From Oligoflexales bacterium (GTDB lineage Bacteria; Bdellovibrionota_B; Oligoflexia; Oligoflexales; CAIYRB01): a stretch of DNA of 15,094 nt. Under the pieces are notes generated by a model, which ran no database searches, was not told the origin of the DNA, and saw only the letters and a program-made list of their open reading frames with translations. Shown here one piece after another: positions 1 through 7,748 of the stretch; positions within the stretch are counted from its first letter, which is position 1; each line of letters begins with the position of its first letter. The stretch lies in the NCBI GenBank assembly GCA_041736175.1, contig JBGSUI010000058.1, forward strand, positions 1 through 15,094, in the 5' to 3' direction. The translations under genes and the position numbers were made by a program.

Positions 1-236
1 ATTGATTCGGTAACGGACTATTTTTATTTTTACTGAGCCGATGGCTCATTAATGACTCCTTCCGACTTGCGTCTTCCGAAGGCATCTAAAAACAGTCGCC
101 CGTTCTCTCTTTTTTTTCTCACTATTCAGTTTTCAAAGAGCATCCCAGCTGCTTCTTTTTCAGGGCCAAAGTTCTTTCGGGAGAGTCGCCTCTTGGCTTG
201 TCTCGCCGTTTTTTTCAGCCCGTCATCTGCTGGGAT
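1..236 (-). ncRNA. rRNA operon 5' leader; the rRNA gene, probably 16S, begins just beyond the left edge
   Basis: Minus strand has boxA downstream of a sigma70 promoter. Nested stems follow: 12-25 pairs with 88-104, a GAC-GCAA-GTC GNRA hairpin, and TGAGCC-ATC-GGCTCA. The strand ends ...CCGAATCAAT, compatible with the sequence just before a 16S start. Confidence 0.7.
121..142 (-). promoter_or_regulatory. rrn antitermination boxA
   Basis: Reverse complement reads TGCTCTTTGAAAACTGAATAGT, the typical rrn boxA with its usual 3' extension. Confidence 0.8.
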
Positions 237-240
237 TCGG

Positions 241-301
241 AAGATAGCTCGATGGACCTTTTGGGTCAATAGTCTTTTCGATTTTTTTTACTTTTTTTTT
301 T
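241..301 (-). promoter_or_regulatory. sigma70 rrn-type promoter with upstream A-tracts (UP-element-like)
   Basis: -35 TTGACC (269-264), 17-bp spacer, -10 TATCTT (246-241). Long A-tracts lie immediately upstream (about 282-301). Confidence 0.75.
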
Positions 302-498
302 GGAGGCGGTCGGACAAGCAACGGGTCGTGATGCGGGATCACCTAGAAGGTCATGGTCTATGATCGTCTATGATCGCTAAGACCCACCACCCATACGCAA
401 ATATCCGCAAATTATTCAATAATATTGTTAATTTACAAGAAAAATAGAAAGTTTTGTAGAAAAAGAATAACGAATCTTGCATAGTCACGCTCCAAGAT

Positions 499-524
499 GC
501 CTGAATTTCAGGCTAGTTTTTTTT
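499..524 (+). terminator. terminator-like hairpin with U-tract, or a palindromic operator, upstream of the small gene
   Basis: GCCTGA-ATT-TCAGGC followed by TAG and T8. Confidence 0.35.
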
Positions 525-550
525 AACCCTAATGAGTTGGAGTGATTTGC

Positions 551-814
551 ATGAAACTAAGTCACATGATTGCCGCTGTCTCCCTATCTGTTTCCGGTCT
601 TGCTTTCGCTGTTGAGCACAAGTCTGAGCCAAACTGCGAAGTCAAAGGCAAAAAAGTCTCCGTTAAAGACGAAGCTGCCTGCACCAAGAAAAAAGGCGCA
701 TGGATGCCAGCCGCTGTAGCTCCTGCTGCTGAAGTCGCTCCTGCCGCTGAAGCAGCTCCAGCTGCTGAAGCTGCTCCAGTCGATGCAGCCGCTCCTGCTG
801 CTGACCACAAGTAG
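551..814 (+). CDS. small secreted protein (87 aa) with a two-Cys mini-domain and an APAAE-repeat tail
   Basis: GGAG lies 8 nt before ATG 551. Sec signal MKLSHMIAAVSLSVSGLAFA (AFA cleavage site). Core NCEVKGKKVSVKDEAACTKKKGAW. A terminator follows. Confidence 0.8.
   Translation: MKLSHMIAAVSLSVSGLAFAVEHKSEPNCEVKGKKVSVKDEAACTKKKGAWMPAAVAPAAEVAPAAEAAPAAEAAPVDAAAPAADHK
719..808 (+). repeat. five imperfect 18-bp in-frame tandem repeats (APAAEx)
   Basis: GCTCC(T/A)G... units start at 719, 737, 755, 773 and 791; variation is mostly at third codon positions. Confidence 0.85.
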
Positions 815-854
815 TCTCTGCTAAGTATCTCTTATTGAAGGGAGTAACCCTTCG

Positions 855-888
855 AATAAAGCCGGTCACTTACCGGCTTTATTTATTT
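855..888. terminator. probably bidirectional intrinsic terminator between convergent genes
   Basis: AATAAAGCCGGT-CACTT-ACCGGCTTTATT, a 12-bp stem with A/T-rich ends. A second hairpin, GAAGGG-AGTAA-CCCTTC (837-853), precedes it. Confidence 0.8.
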
Positions 889-907
889 GATACCCTCCCT
901 TGTTTCA

Positions 908-3900
908 TCAAGGACCTTTATCGGGCCGCTTCACTTCCAAGTCTTGATCCGTAATGCGACCAGCTTTTAGCAAGATCCCCTTAAGGGCTCCCGATAGGGG
1001 GTCGCTGTGATCATCATTGCTGAGTTCAACACCTCGAAACATCAAGGTCACATCCTTGAGCGGACTGTTTTGACTGTCGACGACCTTGATCTGATCAGGG
1101 GGCATGAGCAGCCTTAACTGGATCAGGGCATAAGCCTCGTCTGTGGTAAAAAGATCTTCGTCTCGCGTGATCGTCACTCCCTGACCGATGCTTTTGAAAG
1201 AATAATTCATAAGTTGGAGAATCTGCCGAGGCCTATCAATAAGGAAGGCATTGTTCATGGGCTTGGGGTTAATAATACGGATCGGCCCAGTGCTGTTCAA
1301 TGCCAGAGGGACTCCTGCGGCCCCGGGGCAACCATCTTGCTTGCCTCCTAGGTCCTGGAAATTGATCCATCGGGGGCTGCGAAACTTAGATTCGCCGCTA
1401 AATTTATAGAGACAAAAGGCAGCAGAGTTCACATCGAAGGGTGGAAACGAGCTTCCAAAAAAGCCGGCGGCACTGGCCAAGGCTGCCTCCGATTTGCCAC
1501 CGTAGGCTTCAAAAAACTGAGCAGCTTTGTCTCCCCCCGTGCATGTACTGCAATAGGGCAACTGGGCAATGGTCGGTTCTGCCGCCTTATCCCTCAGACC
1601 ACATTGGCTTGGGTCAGACCTGACTTGGGCGCTAAATTGTACGGTGAGGCCATCAGAGCTCATGTTTTCTAGAGCAAAGCAGTCACACACCCCGTTGCCA
1701 TTGGTATCGTCACAGTAGGGATCAAATTTAGGATCATGGGCTGGATTTACATACTTGACCCCATCGATATTGGTTTGGGCAGTCCCAATGATTTTTTTAC
1801 CCCCCAAAAGATTTTCGATCTCGATCTGAGATAGGCGAGCATAGTTGCGCTCCCATTGACCATCCGTTACCGTGGCCTGGCTCCACATCAGGGTATCGTT
1901 TCGCGTCGTCATCAAATATGCATAGGGAGTTTCTGTGTCGGAAAAATCTCGCCAGTTAAAAAGAATGTATTTTTCGTTCCCAGTGGTGGCTGACTCCGAG
2001 CAATCTTTAATAGCAGCACTCGCGACACCGCTCAAAGTAAGCTCCCCCTGGCTATTGACTTTATTAACGGCAAGATTGGCATTGTTTCCTGAAGGATTGG
2101 TAAAAGTCCCCGAAGGCACATGAAGGCATGCCGACGTGTTTTTAGAATGTTCGGTTCCTAGGGTATTGACACCGATTCTGGGCACGTCCCAAGTGTTGGT
2201 CTCACCGGTTTGAAAATTAACCGATGTCACCTTGTGCACGCCACCAGGGTAAAAACGCTTCCGAGCAGCTCGGCCAAAGGCACTAAAATCCATACAATAA
2301 GCGGTGACATTCTGTTGGCAGTAAGTGTTGTCTCCACATTGGAACCGCGATAGATATTGGGCCACTTTTCCCGTTTGGCCTAAGTCGCATTCGCCTGCGG
2401 CGTTTCCAGATTTAACTTCGCGAACCATGGTTCCCTCGTTGCCAGGGCCGCCACCGCCGATGGGCCGGCCGTTAGCCCGAGAGGCAAGCATAAAGAGACG
2501 ACCTTTATCCTCACCAAACCAGCCGCGCTCCATCAGGACAAAAGGGTAACTGTAGGTGGCTGGAATGGTGCATTGCCCCTCTTCGAGACCCCCCGTGCTA
2601 CAAGTCACGGCGTCCGCTGAGCTGTCGCACTCTACTTTTGTGGCTACACTGAAGGTAAAGTTAGGCCCTGGATCGACTAGCCGGCAGAAGATTGGTTTTC
2701 CAGTGTCCTTTAGCTGGGCAACGTGAAGGTAACGGGAACCTACGGGATTCCACTCTTCGTGACGGGAAGCATCAAAGATAAACCGCTCCACCTCTCTAGA
2801 GGTCGGAATCCGGCTAAACATTTCAAAAGTCTGCTTGAAATCAAGGCTTGACTGCTGCACTAGAGTCGTCGCCGTAGCTAGATCCATCTGCCGCTGTTGG
2901 AAGCCTTGGCTTGGATTAAAGCGAAACCGATCGTCCATGGTCATCACTTTATTTTGACCAGCTACGGGTTTGAGCAATGGGTCCAAATAGCGAGAGTCCT
3001 TTGAATTGGCGGTCGCAACTTGAACTCCGCTCAGACCCGGCCCCCAACCGACAAGCCGGGTATTTAAAAACCGCTTATCTGTAAAAATCTCATGCAAGTC
3101 AGAAAGAGACAACTTAATAGACCTCAGGTCTGGGTCATTAAGCATCCGGTAGATACCAATGAGACCTAGAAAAAAGTCTTTTTTGTCGTTGATGATCTCT
3201 TGCAATTTCTTTTTCTGGTCTTCGTTGAGATCCGGAAAAGGCCCATCGCCAATGGGTATCTTGGCCTTTTGAATTTCGATCATCACCTGGGGCATCACGT
3301 CAACCATAGAGATCGACCGGGTCGGCGCCGTTCGCTTGGTACCGCTAGAATCGTTACGGTTTACTTCCTGGGCTTGAGATTCAACCCGTATCGATAGTCT
3401 CGCCCAGCAGGTTTTTTTCCCATTTTGATCGGTTTGTGCGCCGTCCTCGGTGCATTCGACCGAATCCCGCTGGGAGCCATTGATAATGGCCTCGTGAAAG
3501 TTTGTAGGGATGCCAGCAGCGGTCAACAAAGCCACGGCCTGGGCACGGTTGCAAATCAGTTTGTTGTCACTGGAAAGATCAGGCTTAAATTTTTTAGATG
3601 AGATTCCCACTTCCAAATTACAAACCACTTGAAATGGATAACGGGGCTCGTTGGCGTTTTGAGCCTTTACGGCATCGGCCAAGATGCGGCGGGTTTCAGA
3701 CACAAAATTGGTACCTAAGGCCTTTTCTACGGAATCCATAATCCAGCCATAGAGTTCGCTATCGATTTCCACAGTGGCGCCAAGCACAGTTGTCACAAAT
3801 CCATAGAGTCCCTCGGCAGTCCACCCCTCCGAAAGTTGTTGCATGATTTTGAAGCTTGGGTAGAAGGGAGAGTTTTTGATAACGTCGGTATAGCATTGGG

Positions 3901-4633
3901 CCTCTTCTGCACCTTCGTACTTAGAGGCACAGGAGGTGATAAGGGTTTTAAAAGCGTCGGTCTCGTCGCTTCTAATCAGGGCTGCATCGACTATGGACGA
4001 AGCAACCTTTGCAAGCTTTACTCCGGAAAAGCTGGGGTCGTACACACTGCGACCAAGAGCTACTTCGAAGGCCGATAAAATGCTATCGGCCACTCGATTA
4101 CAGAGAACCCCTTTTTGACCGGCCTGTACGATACAGCGTAGGCCACAGGAAAGTTCAACCATCACTTCATGCTTTTTAGGAGCTTCGGCCAGCTTAAAGG
4201 TACCCTCGCTGTAGCTTACTCCTTTGATAAGTTCGTACCCAGAACCCACAAGCTTTGCAGTATAAGTTCCGCTGGCACAGCTATCGCTAAGTTCGAACGA
4301 TTGAATCGGGGTCTCAGTGGCCTGTAGCTGGACGTCGATCGCGATGGTCCCGGCGGTCTTTGAGTCGACGCCGTTGGCATCGCCTGAGACAAGGCCAGAG
4401 ACGGGCAGAGATTGATCAAGTCCGTAGAGGTCTTTAGCAGACGCTGCGGTTTGAGTCGATTCGATGGCGATTTTTTGGGTCTGGGGTGCTGGATCGACAT
4501 TGGCCGGAGGGGGGGAATCGGCCCCGCTGCGACTTGATTTTTGTTTGGAGCAACCTCCACCACAGCTAGACAGGGTCCAGGTTACCAACATAAGCACCAA
4601 AAAAACTTTATGATTAAGGCTTAACATGGGCAT
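908..4633 (-). CDS. large Cys-rich lipoprotein of unknown function (1241 aa)
   Basis: 3.7-kb ORF. Signal peptide ends in lipobox-like LSSC (Cys24), followed by a Ser/Pro linker. About 30 Cys, and a DDTNGNG Ca-loop-like motif. GGGGG precedes the start (4633, alternative 4627). Confidence 0.85.
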   Translation of the reverse strand: MPMLSLNHKVFLVLMLVTWTLSSCGGGCSKQKSSRSGADSPPPANVDPAPQTQKIAIESTQTAASAKDLYGLDQSLPVSGLVSGDANGVDSKTAGTIAIDVQLQATETPIQSFELSDSCASGTYTAKLVGSGYELIKGVSYSEGTFKLAEAPKKHEVMVELSCGLRCIVQAGQKGVLCNRVADSILSAFEVALGRSVYDPSFSGVKLAKVASSIVDAALIRSDETDAFKTLITSCASKYEGAEEAQCYTDVIKNSPFYPSFKIMQQLSEGWTAEGLYGFVTTVLGATVEIDSELYGWIMDSVEKALGTNFVSETRRILADAVKAQNANEPRYPFQVVCNLEVGISSKKFKPDLSSDNKLICNRAQAVALLTAAGIPTNFHEAIINGSQRDSVECTEDGAQTDQNGKKTCWARLSIRVESQAQEVNRNDSSGTKRTAPTRSISMVDVMPQVMIEIQKAKIPIGDGPFPDLNEDQKKKLQEIINDKKDFFLGLIGIYRMLNDPDLRSIKLSLSDLHEIFTDKRFLNTRLVGWGPGLSGVQVATANSKDSRYLDPLLKPVAGQNKVMTMDDRFRFNPSQGFQQRQMDLATATTLVQQSSLDFKQTFEMFSRIPTSREVERFIFDASRHEEWNPVGSRYLHVAQLKDTGKPIFCRLVDPGPNFTFSVATKVECDSSADAVTCSTGGLEEGQCTIPATYSYPFVLMERGWFGEDKGRLFMLASRANGRPIGGGGPGNEGTMVREVKSGNAAGECDLGQTGKVAQYLSRFQCGDNTYCQQNVTAYCMDFSAFGRAARKRFYPGGVHKVTSVNFQTGETNTWDVPRIGVNTLGTEHSKNTSACLHVPSGTFTNPSGNNANLAVNKVNSQGELTLSGVASAAIKDCSESATTGNEKYILFNWRDFSDTETPYAYLMTTRNDTLMWSQATVTDGQWERNYARLSQIEIENLLGGKKIIGTAQTNIDGVKYVNPAHDPKFDPYCDDTNGNGVCDCFALENMSSDGLTVQFSAQVRSDPSQCGLRDKAAEPTIAQLPYCSTCTGGDKAAQFFEAYGGKSEAALASAAGFFGSSFPPFDVNSAAFCLYKFSGESKFRSPRWINFQDLGGKQDGCPGAAGVPLALNSTGPIRIINPKPMNNAFLIDRPRQILQLMNYSFKSIGQGVTITRDEDLFTTDEAYALIQLRLLMPPDQIKVVDSQNSPLKDVTLMFRGVELSNDDHSDPLSGALKGILLKAGRITDQDLEVKRPDKGP

Positions 4634-4678
4634 ACCCCCAAACTTTTGTTTCGGTCAAAGGACTAGAACCTAGCCTCT

Positions 4679-4705
4679 CGATCGGCGCAATGGCTTGAAA
4701 ACCTA
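4679..4705 (-). promoter_or_regulatory. possible sigma28 (FliA)-like promoter
   Basis: TAGG-N15-GCCGATCG versus consensus TAAA-N15-GCCGATAA, about 45 nt upstream of the lipoprotein gene. Confidence 0.3.
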
Positions 4706-4765
4706 AGATCTTTATACTTTTATCAGAGGTTTTGTGTTGTTATCCACCCTGGTTAGGAGTGCCTT

Positions 4766-5563
4766 TTAACGGAAGAATGGCGGCAAGTTCGGGGTTTTTG
4801 CCATCCCCCCTGGATGTCGGGATTCAAGGGTGTCACAAGGCGAACTGAGCACATAGACCGTGCCGTGAACATCCAAACCGCCCACGGTTTGTTTTGGAAC
4901 ACTCCAGGATTTGACTAAAAACTGGTGGGTTTTCAGTTCGTCTATAAAGAGTTCGCGGTAAGGGCGATCTTGGTCAGCTACAAAAACCAGCCCCGTAGGC
5001 TTTAACAGTTTGGAAAATGCAGCGACGAGGGGCTTAACCTGGCGCTCTTCATAGATCAGATCAGAGGCCATCACCAGATCAAAAGCACCGACAAGGCTAG
5101 ATGTATTTGTGTCTAACTTAGGCTGCAAGAGAGACCTCCAGTCAAAATGGAGGTACTGTGCACCGGCCAACTTATTTTGGGCGACGCTTTCGGCGACCAC
5201 TCTTAGGGCCGTCGCATCGTAGTCGGAAAAGAGAACTTCGATCCCTCTTGCAAGAGCCGCCAGACCCGGAAGTCCGAGGCCGCAACCTAGTTCGATCGCC
5301 TTAACGGGCAGGTCCCAAGAGGTCTCATAGATGGCATGGGCCAGATATTTGGAAACGGGCCAAAGGGCGGCCCAGTAAGGCATATATTGATCGGCATCGT
5401 GGGCTTTGGCGACAGTCTCCAAATCCAAGAGACGATCGGGAGATTTGGGCCGTTGATAGGAAAGGGATAAGCCATTAAGGTCAAGAGTTTCTGTTGCCAA
5501 AGGACCTACGTCTTCAGGAGAAGACTCAGGCATAAGAAAGGGCTTTAATTGAGAATGTGACAC
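4766..5563 (-). CDS. class I SAM-dependent methyltransferase, Methyltransf_16 (METTL21-like protein methyltransferase) family
   Basis: PYWAALWP, motif I IELGCGLGLPGL, FSDYD and DLVMASDLIY. GTG start with GGGAAG upstream; alternative ATG at 5533. Confidence 0.85.
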   Translation of the reverse strand: MSHSQLKPFLMPESSPEDVGPLATETLDLNGLSLSYQRPKSPDRLLDLETVAKAHDADQYMPYWAALWPVSKYLAHAIYETSWDLPVKAIELGCGLGLPGLAALARGIEVLFSDYDATALRVVAESVAQNKLAGAQYLHFDWRSLLQPKLDTNTSSLVGAFDLVMASDLIYEERQVKPLVAAFSKLLKPTGLVFVADQDRPYRELFIDELKTHQFLVKSWSVPKQTVGGLDVHGTVYVLSSPCDTLESRHPGGMAKTPNLPPFFR

Positions 5564-5641
5564 GCTGCGCTTCCCACAGGTTGAATTAGCTGCCTACGAT
5601 CGTTGATAGGTCTATGGTAACACGAATCTATAACGGTAGGT

Positions 5642-6496
5642 TTAGGCGATAAAGTTTACAATCGAAGTAAACTCGACCAAAAGTTGGTGCGGAAGCCTTT
5701 GGGATGTATCCCTAAGCCCAGGCTCATACCAAACAAGCCGGTCCCGTGGAGGTGAAGGTGCGGCAGCTAAAGAGGTCAAAGACTCTAGGGAAAACCCGAG
5801 TTCTTCTAGGACGACCGAGACTCGGGCTGCCACCGCTTGACCAGAGTCTACCCACTGAACCGGCCAGGGGGATGCCACCTTGAGCTCTTCGATCAGGTGG
5901 GGAAAGTGGGTACAACCTAAGACTACGGTATCCATTTTTTTATAGCTTTCCATGGGACTCTGGGCAAATAGCGGTTCCAGCTCCTGCCTGACCGTCTCCT
6001 GATGGATAGGGTCCCAAACACCACGAAGTTTAATCTCCGCAAGCCGCACCAGCTCACTTGAGCCATGGCGTAAAACCCGACGGCCTCGGGCATATTGATC
6101 GATCAAATTTTGAGTATAGGGTCGAAGGATCGTTGCTGGGGTGGCTAGCAGTCCAAAGGTCGCCGTGCGGGTCATCTGCGCCGCGGGCTTAAGGGCAGGG
6201 ACCACACCGACGATCGGGATTTTAAGCTGCGACCTAAGAAGCTCTAAGACAAGGGTGCTAGCGGTGTTACAGGCAATTACCAAAAGCGTGGTCTCGGGAA
6301 ATTGACTGATGAGTCGCAGCACAAATGAGGTTGCGAGCTGGATCACCTGGGCTTCGGTTTTAGTACCATAAGGAAAGCCTTCGGAGTCACAGGCATAGAT
6401 ATACTGAACACCTGGTAGACGGGCTCGTAGCGACTGAAGGATCGAAACCCCACCGACTCCTGAATCAAAAACAGCAACCGTAGGGTAAACGGACAT
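5642..6496 (-). CDS. murI: glutamate racemase
   Basis: VFDSGVGG, FPYGTK, IACNTAS and LGCTHFP (both catalytic Cys), VDSG. ATG 6496 lies 2 nt after the upstream stop. Confidence 0.96.
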   Translation of the reverse strand: MSVYPTVAVFDSGVGGVSILQSLRARLPGVQYIYACDSEGFPYGTKTEAQVIQLATSFVLRLISQFPETTLLVIACNTASTLVLELLRSQLKIPIVGVVPALKPAAQMTRTATFGLLATPATILRPYTQNLIDQYARGRRVLRHGSSELVRLAEIKLRGVWDPIHQETVRQELEPLFAQSPMESYKKMDTVVLGCTHFPHLIEELKVASPWPVQWVDSGQAVAARVSVVLEELGFSLESLTSLAAAPSPPRDRLVWYEPGLRDTSQRLPHQLLVEFTSIVNFIA

Positions 6497-6498
6497 GG

Positions 6499-7578
6499 TC
6501 AAAAGGCCGTTTCACGGCGAGATCTAGCCCCTTGTTCGGGGTAGAGGCGCACGATCAGCTCGGTCCGTGACCACAAGAGCGGATGCCGCATCGTGGGAAC
6601 CGGGCTCATATCAGGTACCGTAAGGGGGGCCTTTTGGGGAGTGCTTTCTGGAGCATTGAGGGTATCCACATGCCGTAAAATCTTAACGAGCTTGCCCGCA
6701 AAATCTCTCAGATCCACATCTTTTGCGATTTCAATCCCACCCCCTGGACCCATTTTTTTGGTAGACCGGCTAACATGGAGCACGTCTCCCCGGCCTTCTT
6801 GGCCAACCCGCATCAGGACTACAATATGTTTTTTCTTAAGAAGCAGATCCCCAGGCCGCACTTTGGAAAGATCACGACCGACATCCACAAGCCTAAACTC
6901 CTCCCGTAGGACCAAGGGCGAGACCCGCTGAAGGGTCCTCGTGGTTACATAGGGAAAATCCAGGCCGGCATCTTTAAAAACACGGTGTACAAAGTGGCTG
7001 CAATCGATACCGCACTGGCGGCAAGGTTTACAGGCAAGGCTTCTTTTTTCGACTTTTAATCGGGTTTTCTTAGCGATACATGAGCGGCAGGCCTCACAAG
7101 CCTCGGAATCACCGATCTTATTGCCACCCCATACATAGGGAACATTTTGGGAGTCTTTGCCAAACTCCTCTGCGACTCGCAACAAAGTCTGCCGGACATC
7201 TTCATGATCTTGTTGGATTTTTTGAGAGGCCGAATCCAGCCCTTCCGAGGGTCGCTGTCTTAGGTTGGGGACATTCAGAGGAAGCTGGTAAAGGACTGCA
7301 GGAAGTGGAATCACTCGCTTACCACCCACAGGACTGGGGACGGGACTCGGAACTGTACCAACATGGTCCGATAGATCTTCGGAATATTGATTTAAGATGG
7401 AACCGTGGGACACTGGACTTAAAGTATCCCGCACTGCGCTTTTTGCAGCTAGTGCCGGTAAATCATCCAAAGGAGCTAAGGAAAAACCGACAAAAATTGT
7501 AGTCCAAAAGACCCCATAAAATCGGCTAAAACATCCATGAAGGAAGGGCGCAAGGTGTTTAGACATAAGATTTAACAT
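6499..7578 (-). CDS. NlpC/P60 (C40) family cell-wall peptidase, probably exported, with a Cys-rich insertion
   Basis: PYVWGG...GIDCSHFVHRVF (catalytic Cys), RPGDLL, HIV (His) and VLH. Hydrophobic N-terminal segment. GAGGAGAGG precedes the ATG. Confidence 0.85.
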   Translation of the reverse strand: MLNLMSKHLAPFLHGCFSRFYGVFWTTIFVGFSLAPLDDLPALAAKSAVRDTLSPVSHGSILNQYSEDLSDHVGTVPSPVPSPVGGKRVIPLPAVLYQLPLNVPNLRQRPSEGLDSASQKIQQDHEDVRQTLLRVAEEFGKDSQNVPYVWGGNKIGDSEACEACRSCIAKKTRLKVEKRSLACKPCRQCGIDCSHFVHRVFKDAGLDFPYVTTRTLQRVSPLVLREEFRLVDVGRDLSKVRPGDLLLKKKHIVVLMRVGQEGRGDVLHVSRSTKKMGPGGGIEIAKDVDLRDFAGKLVKILRHVDTLNAPESTPQKAPLTVPDMSPVPTMRHPLLWSRTELIVRLYPEQGARSRRETAF

Positions 7579-7681
7579 CCTCTCCTCATTGAGAAATCCA
7601 TGAATACCATGGATACCCTGAGGGAGACAACCCTTAAATGCGAATAAGTTGCGATTTTGCGATTCCTATTAATGGTTAGAC

Positions 7682-7711
7682 TTGACAATCCAGTGCGTTA
7701 GCACTTACCAC
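7682..7711 (+). promoter_or_regulatory. candidate sigma70 promoter for the sufU-gluQ/thiL/rimB/rimK operon
   Basis: Perfect TTGACA (7682-7687) with a weak -10 (TACCAC) 18 bp downstream. Confidence 0.35.
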
Positions 7712-7748
7712 AGAGGCTCGTCGGACCTCCCTCTGAAAAGAAGAACCC

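Noticed and set aside
52..363. 103-aa plus-strand ORF
   Set aside because: It is antisense to the rrn promoter/leader, and its Phe runs come from the T-tracts.
356..376. Tandem duplication GTCTATGATC x2
   Set aside because: Only two copies with no supporting context; likely a slippage duplication.
466..482. sigma54-like ACG-N4-TTGCA
   Set aside because: Lacks the invariant -24 GG.
719..808. Repeat array as a possible CRISPR
   Set aside because: No spacers; the units are in-frame coding repeats and no cas genes are present.
562..869. Three minus-strand ORFs over the small gene
   Set aside because: Shadows of the GCT-rich repeat; the plus frame has the RBS, signal peptide and terminator.
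4740..4748. DnaA-box-like TTATCCACC
   Set aside because: Single copy with a mismatch and no oriC context.
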